Positions 53,275 through 62,432 are shown, numbered from the stretch's first letter. The stretch is 64,000 bases of DNA from Anaeromyxobacteraceae bacterium (GCA_047602405.1 JASGHJ010000002.1:960001-1024000), one strand, 5' to 3'. The notes: generated from the sequence alone by a model not told the origin. Translations and numbers: made by a program.

Positions 53275-53455
53275 CGCCGGCCCGGGGATGTGAGGAGGCG
53301 AGATGCCGTCCGGCAGGCGTGACGGATCGCCAGGAGCGCGAACCGGAAGCGTCGAAGGAGGTGCTCGGGAAGATCGACCCGACGTGCACCGCCGAGGCGG
53401 AGGGCTCCTGGCCGCGCTGGATCGACGAACTGGGCGCAGGGTGACTCGCCGGTGA

Positions 53456-54154
53456 TCACCCGCCCGCGAACGCCGCCGGCGGCACCTCGTCGACGTCCAC
53501 GAGGCCGTGGCGTCGCCAGCCGGTCCTGAGGAGCCATGAGCGCGCCTCGGCGACGAGCCGGGACTCGCCCGTGTCCGCGGCGACGCCGCGCCAGCCGTCG
53601 AACCAGCGGCCGGACGAGCGCGGGTCGATCCAGGTCGGGTCGAGCATGCGGTCCGGGTCCCGCGGTGTGTGCCGGCGGGCGTTCTGGAGCACGTAGACGA
53701 GCGCGTTGCGGACCTCGCGCGGCGTCTTCAGGATGCGGACGTGGTGCCGGTCGGAGAACACCACGCCGCTCCGGTCGAGCGCGGCGTTGAGGCCGAGCGC
53801 GATGCGGATTGAGAGCGCCTGCATCGCGCGGGAGAGCTCGCCGGGCTCCATGGCCTCGACGATCAGGTGCAGGTGGTTCGACTGTACCGAGAAGTGGACC
53901 ACCCGCGCGCCGTCGCGCCCGCGCAGGCCCTCGAGGGCGCGCCCGATCACGGCGAAGGCCGCCGAGGAGCGGAGGTTCGGCAGCCCCGGCACGGTGCGCA
54001 TCGTCACGTGCGCGGGGTGGTGCCGCGTCAGCTTCGGCCTGGCGCAGTGCGGGACCCGGTCCGGGTTCCGCGGCCGGCCGGCCCCGGGCCTCCGGCCGCC
54101 GTGGGAGCGGAAGGGAAGGTCGCGCTGGGCGGGCTTCGCGGGTCGCCTTGCCAT
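53456..54154 (-). CDS. Y1/HUH transposase, REP-associated tyrosine transposase (RAYT)-like
   Basis: HGGRRPGAGR, PAHVTMR, VHFSVQSNHLHLIVEA (HUH), VFSDRHH, RNALVYVLQNARRH (catalytic Tyr); ATG lies inside repeat R2. Confidence 0.88.
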   Translation of the reverse strand: MARRPAKPAQRDLPFRSHGGRRPGAGRPRNPDRVPHCARPKLTRHHPAHVTMRTVPGLPNLRSSAAFAVIGRALEGLRGRDGARVVHFSVQSNHLHLIVEAMEPGELSRAMQALSIRIALGLNAALDRSGVVFSDRHHVRILKTPREVRNALVYVLQNARRHTPRDPDRMLDPTWIDPRSSGRWFDGWRGVAADTGESRLVAEARSWLLRTGWRRHGLVDVDEVPPAAFAGG

Positions 54155-54173
54155 CTTGAATTCGGCAGATGTG
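54150..54173 (+). repeat. 24-bp direct repeat R2 GCCATCTTGAATTCGGCAGATGTG
   Basis: A-to-T change relative to R1/R3 creates the transposase ATG on the minus strand. Confidence 0.95.
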
Positions 54174-54206
54174 TAGCAGGTAGCTCCGACAACGAGACGC
54201 GCACGG

Positions 54207-55097
54207 GTGACGCTTGGCCGGCCCGGCCGGACGTGGTGGACTCCCGCCGTGATCTCCGACTCGAGCTTCGAGCGCCCGGAGGGGTGGGCCGGGGCCGGCT
54301 TCTCCGCGATGACCCCAGGCGGCACGGAACTCGACCGCCCCAGGCCGGGCGGCCTCGAGGTCCTCCGCTGTCTGGAGCGCCGCGACGAGAGGCTGCTCGG
54401 CGTGTGGGAGGGGGCGACGGGCCGGCTCCGGTGTCTGCTGGAGAGGGCCGCGGATGCGCGGTGGACGAACGACGGTGCCGCTCTGGTCACGGTGACGGAG
54501 GAGGTCATGGTCCGCATCCTCGAGTGGCCTGCGCTGAAGGTCCTGAACTCAGCTCGGCTCGACTTCGACACGCGCCGTGGCGTGGCCGGGCTGGACCTTG
54601 TCCTCTCGGCGGCGGGTGACATGGGGATTGTCCGCCTCTGGTCGGGGCAAAGCGAGGAGGGGCTCGCCATCTTTTCCCTGCCCGACCTCCGAACGGTGGC
54701 GTGCCTCGCGTACGTCGTCGGTGAAAGCGCCAGCCTCCCGGTGTTCTCGCCCGATGGCCGGTACGTGGTGCACGTCCTGGAGCCGTTTGCCATCTGGTGG
54801 ATCGGAGATGGCGAGGTGGCGACCGACGAAGAGCCGGCCGTGGGCGGCCGGGTGCAGTGGGCGACGATCCATGTGCACGATCTCCGACAGCCCGTTCGGC
54901 ACGACGAGTACCCCGTCTTCGTGGAGGTGCCGAAAGGATGGCTGCCGTCCGAGGACGTGCGGGGAGCCAGCTGGCCGCGTGCGGTTCGCTTCACCGAGGT
55001 GGGGCGCCTCGCGTTCGACGTCCCCTGGGGAGGGACCTGCGTGACGCCCGTCCCTCCGCTTGGCTCTTGCGACGCGCCGCCCCCGCGGAAACGGTGA
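54207..55097 (+). CDS. Hypothetical cargo protein (possible beta-propeller fragment)
   Basis: 296-aa ORF filling the R2-R3 interval; PVFSPDGRYVV motif; codon usage less GC3-biased than core genes. Confidence 0.65.
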   Translation: MTLGRPGRTWWTPAVISDSSFERPEGWAGAGFSAMTPGGTELDRPRPGGLEVLRCLERRDERLLGVWEGATGRLRCLLERAADARWTNDGAALVTVTEEVMVRILEWPALKVLNSARLDFDTRRGVAGLDLVLSAAGDMGIVRLWSGQSEEGLAIFSLPDLRTVACLAYVVGESASLPVFSPDGRYVVHVLEPFAIWWIGDGEVATDEEPAVGGRVQWATIHVHDLRQPVRHDEYPVFVEVPKGWLPSEDVRGASWPRAVRFTEVGRLAFDVPWGGTCVTPVPPLGSCDAPPPRKR

Positions 55098-55099
55098 CC

Positions 55100-55123
55100 G
55101 CCAACTTGAATTCGGCAGATGTC
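55100..55123 (+). repeat. 24-bp direct repeat R3
   Basis: Starts 2 bp after the cargo gene TGA; identical to R1. Confidence 0.95.
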
Positions 55124-55283
55124 GCGCGAAGGCCTGCCCGGCACCCCGGAGTGCCCATGGAACCGGAAGTTCACGCAACACGAAGGGCGCAGGAGGGCGC
55201 GACGGGGCCGATCAACAGTCGAACGGCTTGGACCGACCCCTGGAAAAGGCGCATCCGCAACACGGGTACGTCCGACGGCTCCG

Positions 55284-55751
55284 CTAGTTCCGGATGATCG
55301 CCGTCCAGACGCCCTTCACCACGACCCGACCGTGCTGGTTCGTGGTCGTGGTGGTGACTTCCAGCCAGTCGAGCGGACCGCGGTCGCGGATCGAGGTGAT
55401 CTCGCCGGTGGTGTCGAGGACGTCGCCGGGGCGCACGGGCTCGAGGAACTCGAACTCCTGCTCGCCGTGCACGAGGCGGAGCACGTTGATGGCGAGGGCG
55501 GGATCCCCGCAGGCCTTCGCGAAGGGCTCGATGGCGAAGGCGGCGGCGTAGGTGGGCGGGGCGACGACGTCCGCGGCGGCCTCGCCGGGGCCGGGGTAGG
55601 TGGCCGGGTGGTACACGGTCGGCGGGGTCTCGAAGACGTGGCCGGGTACGCCGTCGCCGACGGCGTGTACGAAGTCGCGGACGTGCTCGCGGCTCACGTG
55701 GAACCGGTAGGGACCGTACTTCTTGCCGAGGTGGCGCTTGTCGATCGGCAT
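55284..55751 (-). CDS. MaoC-like dehydratase, HadA/FAS1-type subunit
   Basis: VAPPTYA, LVHGEQEFEFLEPVRPGD, NQHG. Confidence 0.88.
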   Translation of the reverse strand: MPIDKRHLGKKYGPYRFHVSREHVRDFVHAVGDGVPGHVFETPPTVYHPATYPGPGEAAADVVAPPTYAAAFAIEPFAKACGDPALAINVLRLVHGEQEFEFLEPVRPGDVLDTTGEITSIRDRGPLDWLEVTTTTTNQHGRVVVKGVWTAIIRN

Positions 55752-55756
55752 CGCGG

Positions 55757-56197
55757 CTACCCGGCTCCGCCGACGGAGACGCGGCCCTCGGCGACGCCGC
55801 TCTTCAGCACCTCGTCGCCGTGCTGGTTCGTGACGGTGAGCTCGATCTTCACGCGGCCGGCCTCGAGCGCCGTGCAGCGGCCGGAGATCGTCAGCGTGTC
55901 GCCCGCGGCGACCGGCTTCGTGAACCGCGCCTTGATCCGCGTGAGCCGCTCGGGCGCGCCCAGGTACGCGACGCACGCGTCGGCGAGCCAGGAGAACGTG
56001 CACATGCCCTGGAGGATCACCCCGCCGTAGCCGGCGGCGCGGCCGACGGCGGCGTCGATGTGGATCGGGTTGAAGTCGCCGGACGCGGCCGCGTAGTAGA
56101 ACGGCCGGTAGGGGTCCACCTCGCGCACGACCTGGAACGTCTGGCCGACGGCGAGGCCCGAGGCAGGCTTCGTCTCCGGAGCGACGGGGGAGGTCAT
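55757..56197 (-). CDS. MaoC dehydratase, HadB-type subunit
   Basis: YAAASGDFNPIHID...GVILQGM, RFTKPVAAGDTL. Confidence 0.9.
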   Translation of the reverse strand: MTSPVAPETKPASGLAVGQTFQVVREVDPYRPFYYAAASGDFNPIHIDAAVGRAAGYGGVILQGMCTFSWLADACVAYLGAPERLTRIKARFTKPVAAGDTLTISGRCTALEAGRVKIELTVTNQHGDEVLKSGVAEGRVSVGGAG

Positions 56198-57351
56198 CCC
56201 GCCGCCCCCGGGTCGGACGGCGGCGCGGGGTCGAGCGGGTCGTCGACGTCGAGGGCGGCCTCGTGCTCGCGGCGGCGCGCGAAGGTCGCCTGCACGAACT
56301 CCATGAGCCGGTCGAGGTAGTCGGTGATCGGCGGGCACTGGATGGCGGTGCCCTCGAGCAGCTCGAGCAGGTGGCGGCAGTTGTAGATGGCGAGGTGGTT
56401 CACGTACTCGAGCGCGACCCGGTGGCCGCGGGCGAGCCGCTCGAGGCCCGGCAGCCGCATCACCGCCTCGAACGCGCGGGCCGGGATCGAGACCTCGGGG
56501 ATCTTCTTCCCGGCCCGGGCCGCGATCATCTCGTACACGCGGCGCGCGGAGAGCGGGGAGGGGTCGACGACGTGCACCGTGCGGCCGGCGCCGGCCGGGT
56601 TGCGCGCGATGGAGGTCACCGCGTCGACGACGAAGTCGACCGGGACGACGTTGAGCGGCGCGAGCGCGTCGCCGGGGAGCGGGAGCGGCACGCCCACCGG
56701 GGAGGCGACGAGCAGGATCGCCATCGCGTACGGCCCCTCGAAGCGGTCGATCTCGCCGGTGCGCGAGTCGCCGACCACGATGGAGGGCCGGTAGACGGTG
56801 GCGGGGAGGTCGCCCATCACGCGGCGGACGAGGAGCTCGGCCTGGTACTTCGACTCCTCGTAGGCGTTGTGGAACCGCTGCCCCATCGCGAGCTCGTCCT
56901 CGAGGATGACGCCGACGCGGTCGCCCGAGACGTACGACGAGGAGAAGTGGTTGAGCCGCGAGAGCCGCCGCGCGTGCTGCGCGAGCTCGATGACGTTGCG
57001 GGTGCCCTCGACGTTGACGTGGCGGATTTGGCGGCGGTCGGCCTCGAGGCGCGAGACCGAGGCGAGGTGCCAGAGGTCGGTGACCTCGGCGGCGAGCGAC
57101 TTCCACTCCACGCCGGAGAGCCCGAGGTGCATCTGCTCGACGTCGCCCTCGATGACCTCCACGCGGGCGCCGCCGAGCTCGCCCGCCATGCTCTCCAGGT
57201 CCGCGGCGGCCGCGGCGAGGTGCTTCTTCTGCACGAGCACGAAGATCCGCTCGCGGCCGCGCCCCTGCTCGGCGAGGCGGCGCACGAGCCGCTTCCCGAT
57301 GAAGCCGGGGTAGCCGGTCACGAAGACGACGCGCTCGGGGGTGTCCGCCAC
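56194..57351 (-). CDS. Extended SDR / thioester-reductase-like oxidoreductase
   Basis: VTGYPGFIG, NVEGTRNV, YEESK, YRPSIVVGDS, VPVDFV. Confidence 0.88.
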   Translation of the reverse strand: MADTPERVVFVTGYPGFIGKRLVRRLAEQGRGRERIFVLVQKKHLAAAAADLESMAGELGGARVEVIEGDVEQMHLGLSGVEWKSLAAEVTDLWHLASVSRLEADRRQIRHVNVEGTRNVIELAQHARRLSRLNHFSSSYVSGDRVGVILEDELAMGQRFHNAYEESKYQAELLVRRVMGDLPATVYRPSIVVGDSRTGEIDRFEGPYAMAILLVASPVGVPLPLPGDALAPLNVVPVDFVVDAVTSIARNPAGAGRTVHVVDPSPLSARRVYEMIAARAGKKIPEVSIPARAFEAVMRLPGLERLARGHRVALEYVNHLAIYNCRHLLELLEGTAIQCPPITDYLDRLMEFVQATFARRREHEAALDVDDPLDPAPPSDPGAAG

Positions 57352-57357
57352 GAACGG

Positions 57358-57993
57358 TCAATAACGCACGGGCGGCGCGTTGGGAAGCCTGCGCCCGAGG
57401 CCGCGGCGGAGGTCGGCGAGGAGCCGCTCCGCCTTGCCCGTGAGGTCACCCACCCCGCCCGTGTTGTCCACGACGAAGTCCGCCCGGGAGGCCTTCTCGT
57501 CGATGGGCCACTGCGCGGCGAGGCGGGCCTGCGCGTCGGCCTCGGTCGCGCCCTCGCGCGCGGCGAGCCGGCTCACCTGCGCGGTGCGCGGCGCGTAGAC
57601 CACCACGACCGAGTCCATGGCCTGGTCGAGCCCGACCTCGAAGAGGAGCGGGGCGTCGTAGAACGCCAGGTCGTGACCCGCTGCGTCGAGGCGGATCGTC
57701 TCGCCGATCATGGCCTCTCGGATGGCCGGGTGGGTGATGGCCTCGAGCTTCCGGCGGGAGAGCGGGTCCGCGAAGATCTTCTGCCCGAGCTTCTTGCGGT
57801 CGAGCGTGCCGTCGGCGCCCACGACCTCCCGGCCGAAGGTGCGCACGATGGCCTCGAGCGCGGGCTTGCCGGGCTCGACCACCTGCCGGGCGAGGACGTC
57901 GGCGTCGACGACCGGGACCCCGAGGGTCCGGAGCGCCGCGGCGAAGGTGCTCTTCCCGGTGGCGATGCCGCCGGTGAGGCCGACCACCCTCAC
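57358..57993 (-). CDS. coaE: Dephospho-CoA kinase
   Basis: GLTGGIATGKST, DADVLAR, LDRKKLG, LEAITHP, DAPLLFE, ADFVVDN. Confidence 0.95.
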   Translation of the reverse strand: MRVVGLTGGIATGKSTFAAALRTLGVPVVDADVLARQVVEPGKPALEAIVRTFGREVVGADGTLDRKKLGQKIFADPLSRRKLEAITHPAIREAMIGETIRLDAAGHDLAFYDAPLLFEVGLDQAMDSVVVVYAPRTAQVSRLAAREGATEADAQARLAAQWPIDEKASRADFVVDNTGGVGDLTGKAERLLADLRRGLGRRLPNAPPVRY

Positions 57994-58511
57994 CGGGCGC
58001 CCGCGTCGGCCGCGTGATCCTGGCGAGGCGCGGACGCCGGCTGCGCGTCCCCGCCCTCCCGCGGCCTCGGCGCCTTGCCGGCCGTGAAGGTCAACGCCTC
58101 GACGCCGCCCTCCTTGCCGAAGTACACGGTCACGCCCGCCTGGGGGTAGATCCAGACCTTCTGGAAGGTGTCCTCGACGAAGGTCTTCTGGGGTGGCCTG
58201 CCGTAGGTGCCCTCGATGGTGTCGGCGTCGAGCTGCGCCGTGATGAAGACGGTGATCTCCTGGATCACCCCGGCCGCGTCGGCGTGGAACTGGGCCTGCT
58301 TCGCGCCCTGGAGCGCGTTGTCGCCGAAGTAGGCGAGGACGGTCTTCCCGGCCCGCTTCGTGCGGGTGGTGGGCTCGCCGAACTTCTGGACGACGTCGGC
58401 GAGCGGGGTGACGCCGGGCTGGATGCCCTGCCAGGGACGGGCGGCGGCCGGCAGGGGGGCGGCGAGCGCCGCCGCGAGCACGAGGAAGAGTCCGGGCTTT
58501 ACGGAAACCAT
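57990..58511 (-). CDS. Hypothetical secreted protein
   Basis: Signal peptide, clean codon usage, stop overlaps coaE start. Confidence 0.75.
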   Translation of the reverse strand: MVSVKPGLFLVLAAALAAPLPAAARPWQGIQPGVTPLADVVQKFGEPTTRTKRAGKTVLAYFGDNALQGAKQAQFHADAAGVIQEITVFITAQLDADTIEGTYGRPPQKTFVEDTFQKVWIYPQAGVTVYFGKEGGVEALTFTAGKAPRPREGGDAQPASAPRQDHAADAGAR

Positions 58512-58533
58512 GCGGCATTATACTCCGTGCCCC

Positions 58534-59031
58534 GTGAGCGTCCGTCCCGAGGTCAACCTGCACGCCGCCGCGGCGGCCCTGGCCGCCCTGGCCCTCCTCG
58601 CCGGGGTCCCGGCGCGGGCGGGTGACACCGTCGGCCCGGAGACCTGCAAGGCCTGCCACCCCGCCGCCTACGAGACCTGGAGGAACGGCCCCCACGCGCG
58701 CGCCCAGGACAGCCTCACCGGGAAGAGCAGGACCGACGCCCGCTGCCTCTCCTGCCACGCCCCGCAGCTCGAGGACGGCCTCGCCGGCGTGACCTGCGAG
58801 GCGTGCCACGGCGCGGGCGGGCGGTACTCCGCGCGCTACGTCATGAAGGACGCGGAGCTCGCGCGTGCGGTGGGGCTCGTCGACCCGAGCGAGAAGACCT
58901 GCCTCTCCTGCCACACCGACTCCACCCCGAGCCTGGTCCGGTTCGAGCACGCGAAGAAGCGCCAGCTCATCAAGCACTGGGACGAGAAGCCCCGCCCGGG
59001 CGGGCCGCCCGCGCCCCGGTCCACGAAGTAA
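58534..59031 (+). CDS. Tetraheme c-type cytochrome (c554-like)
   Basis: Signal peptide; four CxxCH motifs (CKACH, CLSCH, CEACH, CLSCH); start uncertain. Confidence 0.88.
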   Translation: MSVRPEVNLHAAAAALAALALLAGVPARAGDTVGPETCKACHPAAYETWRNGPHARAQDSLTGKSRTDARCLSCHAPQLEDGLAGVTCEACHGAGGRYSARYVMKDAELARAVGLVDPSEKTCLSCHTDSTPSLVRFEHAKKRQLIKHWDEKPRPGGPPAPRSTK

Positions 59032-59045
59032 GCCTGGAGGCGCCC

Positions 59046-59672
59046 GTGCCCGTCGAGGTCGTCAGCGCGGAGTTCCTCCGCACCGCCACCCGCGGCGAGG
59101 AGTGGCCCCAGGGGCCCGAGCCCGAGTTCGCGTTCGTCGGGCGCTCCAACGTCGGCAAGTCGTCGATGCTCAACGCGCTCACGCGCAAGCGGAAGCTCGC
59201 GCGCGTCTCCACCACGCCGGGCCGCACCCGCGCGCTCCAGTTCTTCGACGTCGCGTACCGCGCCACCGCCGCGGCGCGCCCGCGCCACCTCAAGCTCTGC
59301 GACCTGCCGGGCTACGGCTACGCGAAGGTGTCCCGCGCCGAGCGCGACGTGTGGGCCGCGATGATCGAGGACTACCTGAAGGAGCGCGACGTCCTGCGCG
59401 CGGTCGTGCTCATCGTCGACGCGCGCCACGAGCCCTCGGAGTCCGACGCGGACGCGCTCAGGTTCCTGCGCGGCGCCGGGCGCGCGGTCGTGGTCGCCGC
59501 GACGAAGATGGACAAGCTCTCGAAGAGCGAGCGCACCCCGGCCCTCGCCCGGACGGCGAAGGCGCTCGGGCTCGAGCGCGGCGAGGTGGTGCCGTTCTCG
59601 GCCCTCGAGGGCACCGGCGCCGAGGCGCTCTGGGCGCGCCTCGCCGCCCTCGCCGGTGCCGACGCGCCTTAG
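59046..59672 (+). CDS. engB: Ribosome biogenesis GTPase EngB/YihA
   Basis: GRSNVGKSS, STTPGRT, DLPGYGYAK, TKMDK. Confidence 0.95.
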   Translation: MPVEVVSAEFLRTATRGEEWPQGPEPEFAFVGRSNVGKSSMLNALTRKRKLARVSTTPGRTRALQFFDVAYRATAAARPRHLKLCDLPGYGYAKVSRAERDVWAAMIEDYLKERDVLRAVVLIVDARHEPSESDADALRFLRGAGRAVVVAATKMDKLSKSERTPALARTAKALGLERGEVVPFSALEGTGAEALWARLAALAGADAP

Positions 59673-59959
59673 GGCGTGCCGGGGTTCCCTGCGATCCCCG
59701 CCTCCGCGCCCAGGTCGCGCTCGAAGTCCTGCGCCATCCGCTGCCCGCGGCGCAGCCGGTCCCCCACCATCTGGCGCATCTCGTCCCCGCGCCGCGGCGC
59801 GAAGAGCAGCCCCAGCCCGGCGCCCACGAGGACGCCCACCGAGAACAGCCCCAGCCCGGTGAAGAAGTCGCCCGTCGGCGTGCGCTCCTCCAGCCCCACG
59901 CGCCGCAAGAGCTCGTCGCGGTCCCACATCGCCTTCATCGCCTTCCAGCTCATCGCCAT
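59669..59959 (-). CDS. YtxH-domain protein
   Basis: GVLVGAGLGLLFAPRRGDEMR. Confidence 0.8.
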   Translation of the reverse strand: MAMSWKAMKAMWDRDELLRRVGLEERTPTGDFFTGLGLFSVGVLVGAGLGLLFAPRRGDEMRQMVGDRLRRGQRMAQDFERDLGAEAGIAGNPGTP

Positions 59960-60005
59960 GTGCGGTGCCCCCCGCCGAGAAGGGTGCGCACGCCGGGGCC
60001 CGGGC

Positions 60006-60821
60006 TCAACGAGCCGCGCCGCCCGGGTCGACCCGGTCGCCCGGCGCGCCCTCCGTGCGCAGCTCGGTCCGGACCCCGTCCGCCTCGACGTCGCGCGCCG
60101 GCTCCGGGCGCCGGGCGGCCGCCGACAGCTCGAGCTCCACCACGAGCGGCAGGTGGTCGCTCGCCCGCCGGACGAGCGGCGTCGCCACGACCTCGCACGC
60201 GGTCACCCGCAGCGCGGCGTCCACGTAGCAGCGGTCGAGGCGCAGGAGGGGGAAGCGCGCCGGGAACGTCGGGCCCACGCGCCCGGCCGCGCGCGCCGCG
60301 TCGGTCAGCGAGCGGACGAGCCAGCGCGGCACCGCGGCGCCGGGCCCGAACGCGTTGAAGTCGCCGGCGAGCACGAGCGGGTTCGAGAGGGCGGCGTCGC
60401 GCAGCACGTCGGCGGAGAGCAGCCGGCCGGCCTGGCAGCGGCGCTCCCGGGCGGAGAGCCCGAGGTGCGCGACGAAGAAGTGGAGGGCCGTGCCGGGGAG
60501 CGCCACGTCCGCGCGCAGGCAGCCGCGCGGCTCGCGGCCCGGCACCGAGAGGTCGTAGGTGCGGGTGGCGAGGATGGGGTGGCGCGAGAGCACCGCGTTG
60601 CCGAAGGCCGCCCCGCCGGGCGTCCGGGTCGGGCCGAACGCCGCGTGGCGCCCGGGGAGCCGGTCGGTGAGCGGGCGGAGGGCGTCGGGGCCGCCGGAGG
60701 TGACCTCCTGGAGCCCCGCGAGGTCGAACGCGAGGTCGTCGAGCACGCGCGCGATCCGGTCCGGGTCGCGCCTCCCGTCGGCGCCCACGAGCCCGTGCAC
60801 GTTCCAGGTGACGATCCGCAC
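60006..60821 (-). CDS. Endonuclease/exonuclease/phosphatase family protein
   Basis: TWNVH, LQEV, GNAVLSR, AGDFN, LDRCY, ASDHLP. Confidence 0.9.
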   Translation of the reverse strand: MRIVTWNVHGLVGADGRRDPDRIARVLDDLAFDLAGLQEVTSGGPDALRPLTDRLPGRHAAFGPTRTPGGAAFGNAVLSRHPILATRTYDLSVPGREPRGCLRADVALPGTALHFFVAHLGLSARERRCQAGRLLSADVLRDAALSNPLVLAGDFNAFGPGAAVPRWLVRSLTDAARAAGRVGPTFPARFPLLRLDRCYVDAALRVTACEVVATPLVRRASDHLPLVVELELSAAARRPEPARDVEADGVRTELRTEGAPGDRVDPGGAAR

Positions 60822-60868
60822 CGGCCCAGAGCCCCCGGGGCCACGGTGCGGCGCGCGCCCGCGGCGGG

Positions 60869-61357
60869 CTACCCCCCGCCCGGCCGCTCCCAGGTCACCT
60901 CGAGCACCGTGAGCTCGAGGGTGCCCGCCGGCCGCTCGATCCGGACGGTGTCGCCCTCGGCCCGGCCGAGGAGGCCGCGCCCGAGCGGCGCGTCGACGCT
61001 GATGTGCCCCGCCGCGACGTCGAACTCGTCCGGCCCGACGAGCCGGTACAGCCGCTCCTCGCCGTCCTCGTCCTCGACCCGCACCCAGGCGCCGAAGAAG
61101 GCCTTCCCGCCGGGGTGGGGCGCCGGCTTCACGACGGTGAGCGCGTCCATCCGCTCGGACAGCTCCCGCAGGCGCCGGTCGAGCTCGCGCAGCTTCTTCT
61201 TGCCGTAGATGTACTCGGCGTTCTCGCTGCGGTCCCCGAGGGCCGCCGCGGCCTCGACCTCGGCCACGATCCTGGGGCGGTCGACCGTCCAGATCCGCTG
61301 GTGCTCGCGCGCGATGCGGGCGAAGCCTTCCGGCGTGATGTAGCGAGGGCGGGACAT
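60869..61357 (-). CDS. greB: Transcription elongation factor GreB
   Basis: YITPEG, AAALGDRSENAEYIYGKKKLRELDRR, FFGAWV, ISVDAPLGR. Confidence 0.93.
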   Translation of the reverse strand: MSRPRYITPEGFARIAREHQRIWTVDRPRIVAEVEAAAALGDRSENAEYIYGKKKLRELDRRLRELSERMDALTVVKPAPHPGGKAFFGAWVRVEDEDGEERLYRLVGPDEFDVAAGHISVDAPLGRGLLGRAEGDTVRIERPAGTLELTVLEVTWERPGGG

Positions 61358-61393
61358 GGCGCGGGGGCGGCGCCGAGTGTAGTCTCGATCGCC

Positions 61394-62296
61394 GTGAGAA
61401 TCAGCGACATCCTGCGCTTCGCCCGCGAGCGCGGCGACCCGGTCTTCTCGTTCGAGTTCTTCCCGCCGAAGACGGAGGAGGGCACGAAGGCGCTCTTCGA
61501 GACCGTCGAGGCGCTGCGCCCGCTCGCGCCGGCGTACGTGTCCGTGACCTACGGCGCCGGCGGCTCGTCCCGCCAGCTCACCCTCGACCTCGTGAAGCGC
61601 CTGAAGCGCGAGAGCGAGGTGGAGACGATGGCCCACCTCACCTGCGTGGGCTCGTCGAAGGACGAGATCGCCGCCGCCCTCGACGAGCTCGCCGAGGCCG
61701 GCATCCAGAACCTGCTCGCCCTGCGCGGCGATCCGCCGAGGGGCAAGACCGAGTTCGTCCCGCACCCGGACGGCTTCGCCCACGCGAGCGACCTCGTCGC
61801 CTTCATCCGGGCCCACCGCGAGCGCTGGAAGTTCTGCATCGGCGGGGCCGCCTACCCGGAGGGCCACCCCGAGACCCGGGACCTCTCCCGCGACCTCGCA
61901 AACCTGAAGCTCAAGGTCGCCGCGGGGGTCGACTTCCTCGTCACCCAGCTCTTCTTCGAGAACGCCCACTACCTCCGCTTCGTCGAGCGGGCCCGGGCGG
62001 CGGGCATCGAGCTGCCGATCGTGCCGGGCATCATGCCGTTCACGAACGTGGACCAGGTCGAGCGGTTCACCGCGATGTGCGGCGCCCGCATCCCGCCCGC
62101 GCTCCACGCCGCCATGGCCGTGCGCCGGGACGACCCCGACGCCGCGCGCGACCTCGGGGTCGCCCACGCCACGCTGCAGTGCGCCGACCTCCTCCGGCGG
62201 GGCGCCCCGGGCGTGCACTTCTACACGCTCAACCGCTCCACCTCGACCCGGGCCATCCTCGCCGCGCTCCGGGCGAGCGAGCCCTGGCGCGGTTAG
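61394..62296 (+). CDS. metF: 5,10-methylenetetrahydrofolate reductase
   Basis: SFEFFPPK, SVTYGAGGS, AHLTC, LALRGDPP, AYPEGHP, TQLFF, HFYTLN. Confidence 0.95.
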   Translation: MRISDILRFARERGDPVFSFEFFPPKTEEGTKALFETVEALRPLAPAYVSVTYGAGGSSRQLTLDLVKRLKRESEVETMAHLTCVGSSKDEIAAALDELAEAGIQNLLALRGDPPRGKTEFVPHPDGFAHASDLVAFIRAHRERWKFCIGGAAYPEGHPETRDLSRDLANLKLKVAAGVDFLVTQLFFENAHYLRFVERARAAGIELPIVPGIMPFTNVDQVERFTAMCGARIPPALHAAMAVRRDDPDAARDLGVAHATLQCADLLRRGAPGVHFYTLNRSTSTRAILAALRASEPWRG

Positions 62297-62432
62297 GCCG
62301 GTGAGGGGCCCGGGACCAGGAATGGACCCGGGGTTCGTGCGTTCCGGCGTACAGGCGACCCTGAAATAAGGCCCGCTCCGGGGCGTAGGGCCCCTGAACC
62401 CCTGCTGTTCCCGCGTTCCTCGCGGCGGTACC

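Noticed and set aside
53251..55123. 24-bp direct repeats as a CRISPR array
   Set aside because: Intervals are about 900 bp and contain whole genes; no cas genes in the window.
53456..55174. 572-aa ORF as a large fused transposase
   Set aside because: Only the last 232 aa carry Y1 motifs; the upstream part is antisense to the cargo gene.
62297..62432. Riboswitch near metF
   Set aside because: It lies downstream of metF, and I found no SAM or SAH aptamer consensus; only a GGGGTTC/GAACCCC pairing is visible.
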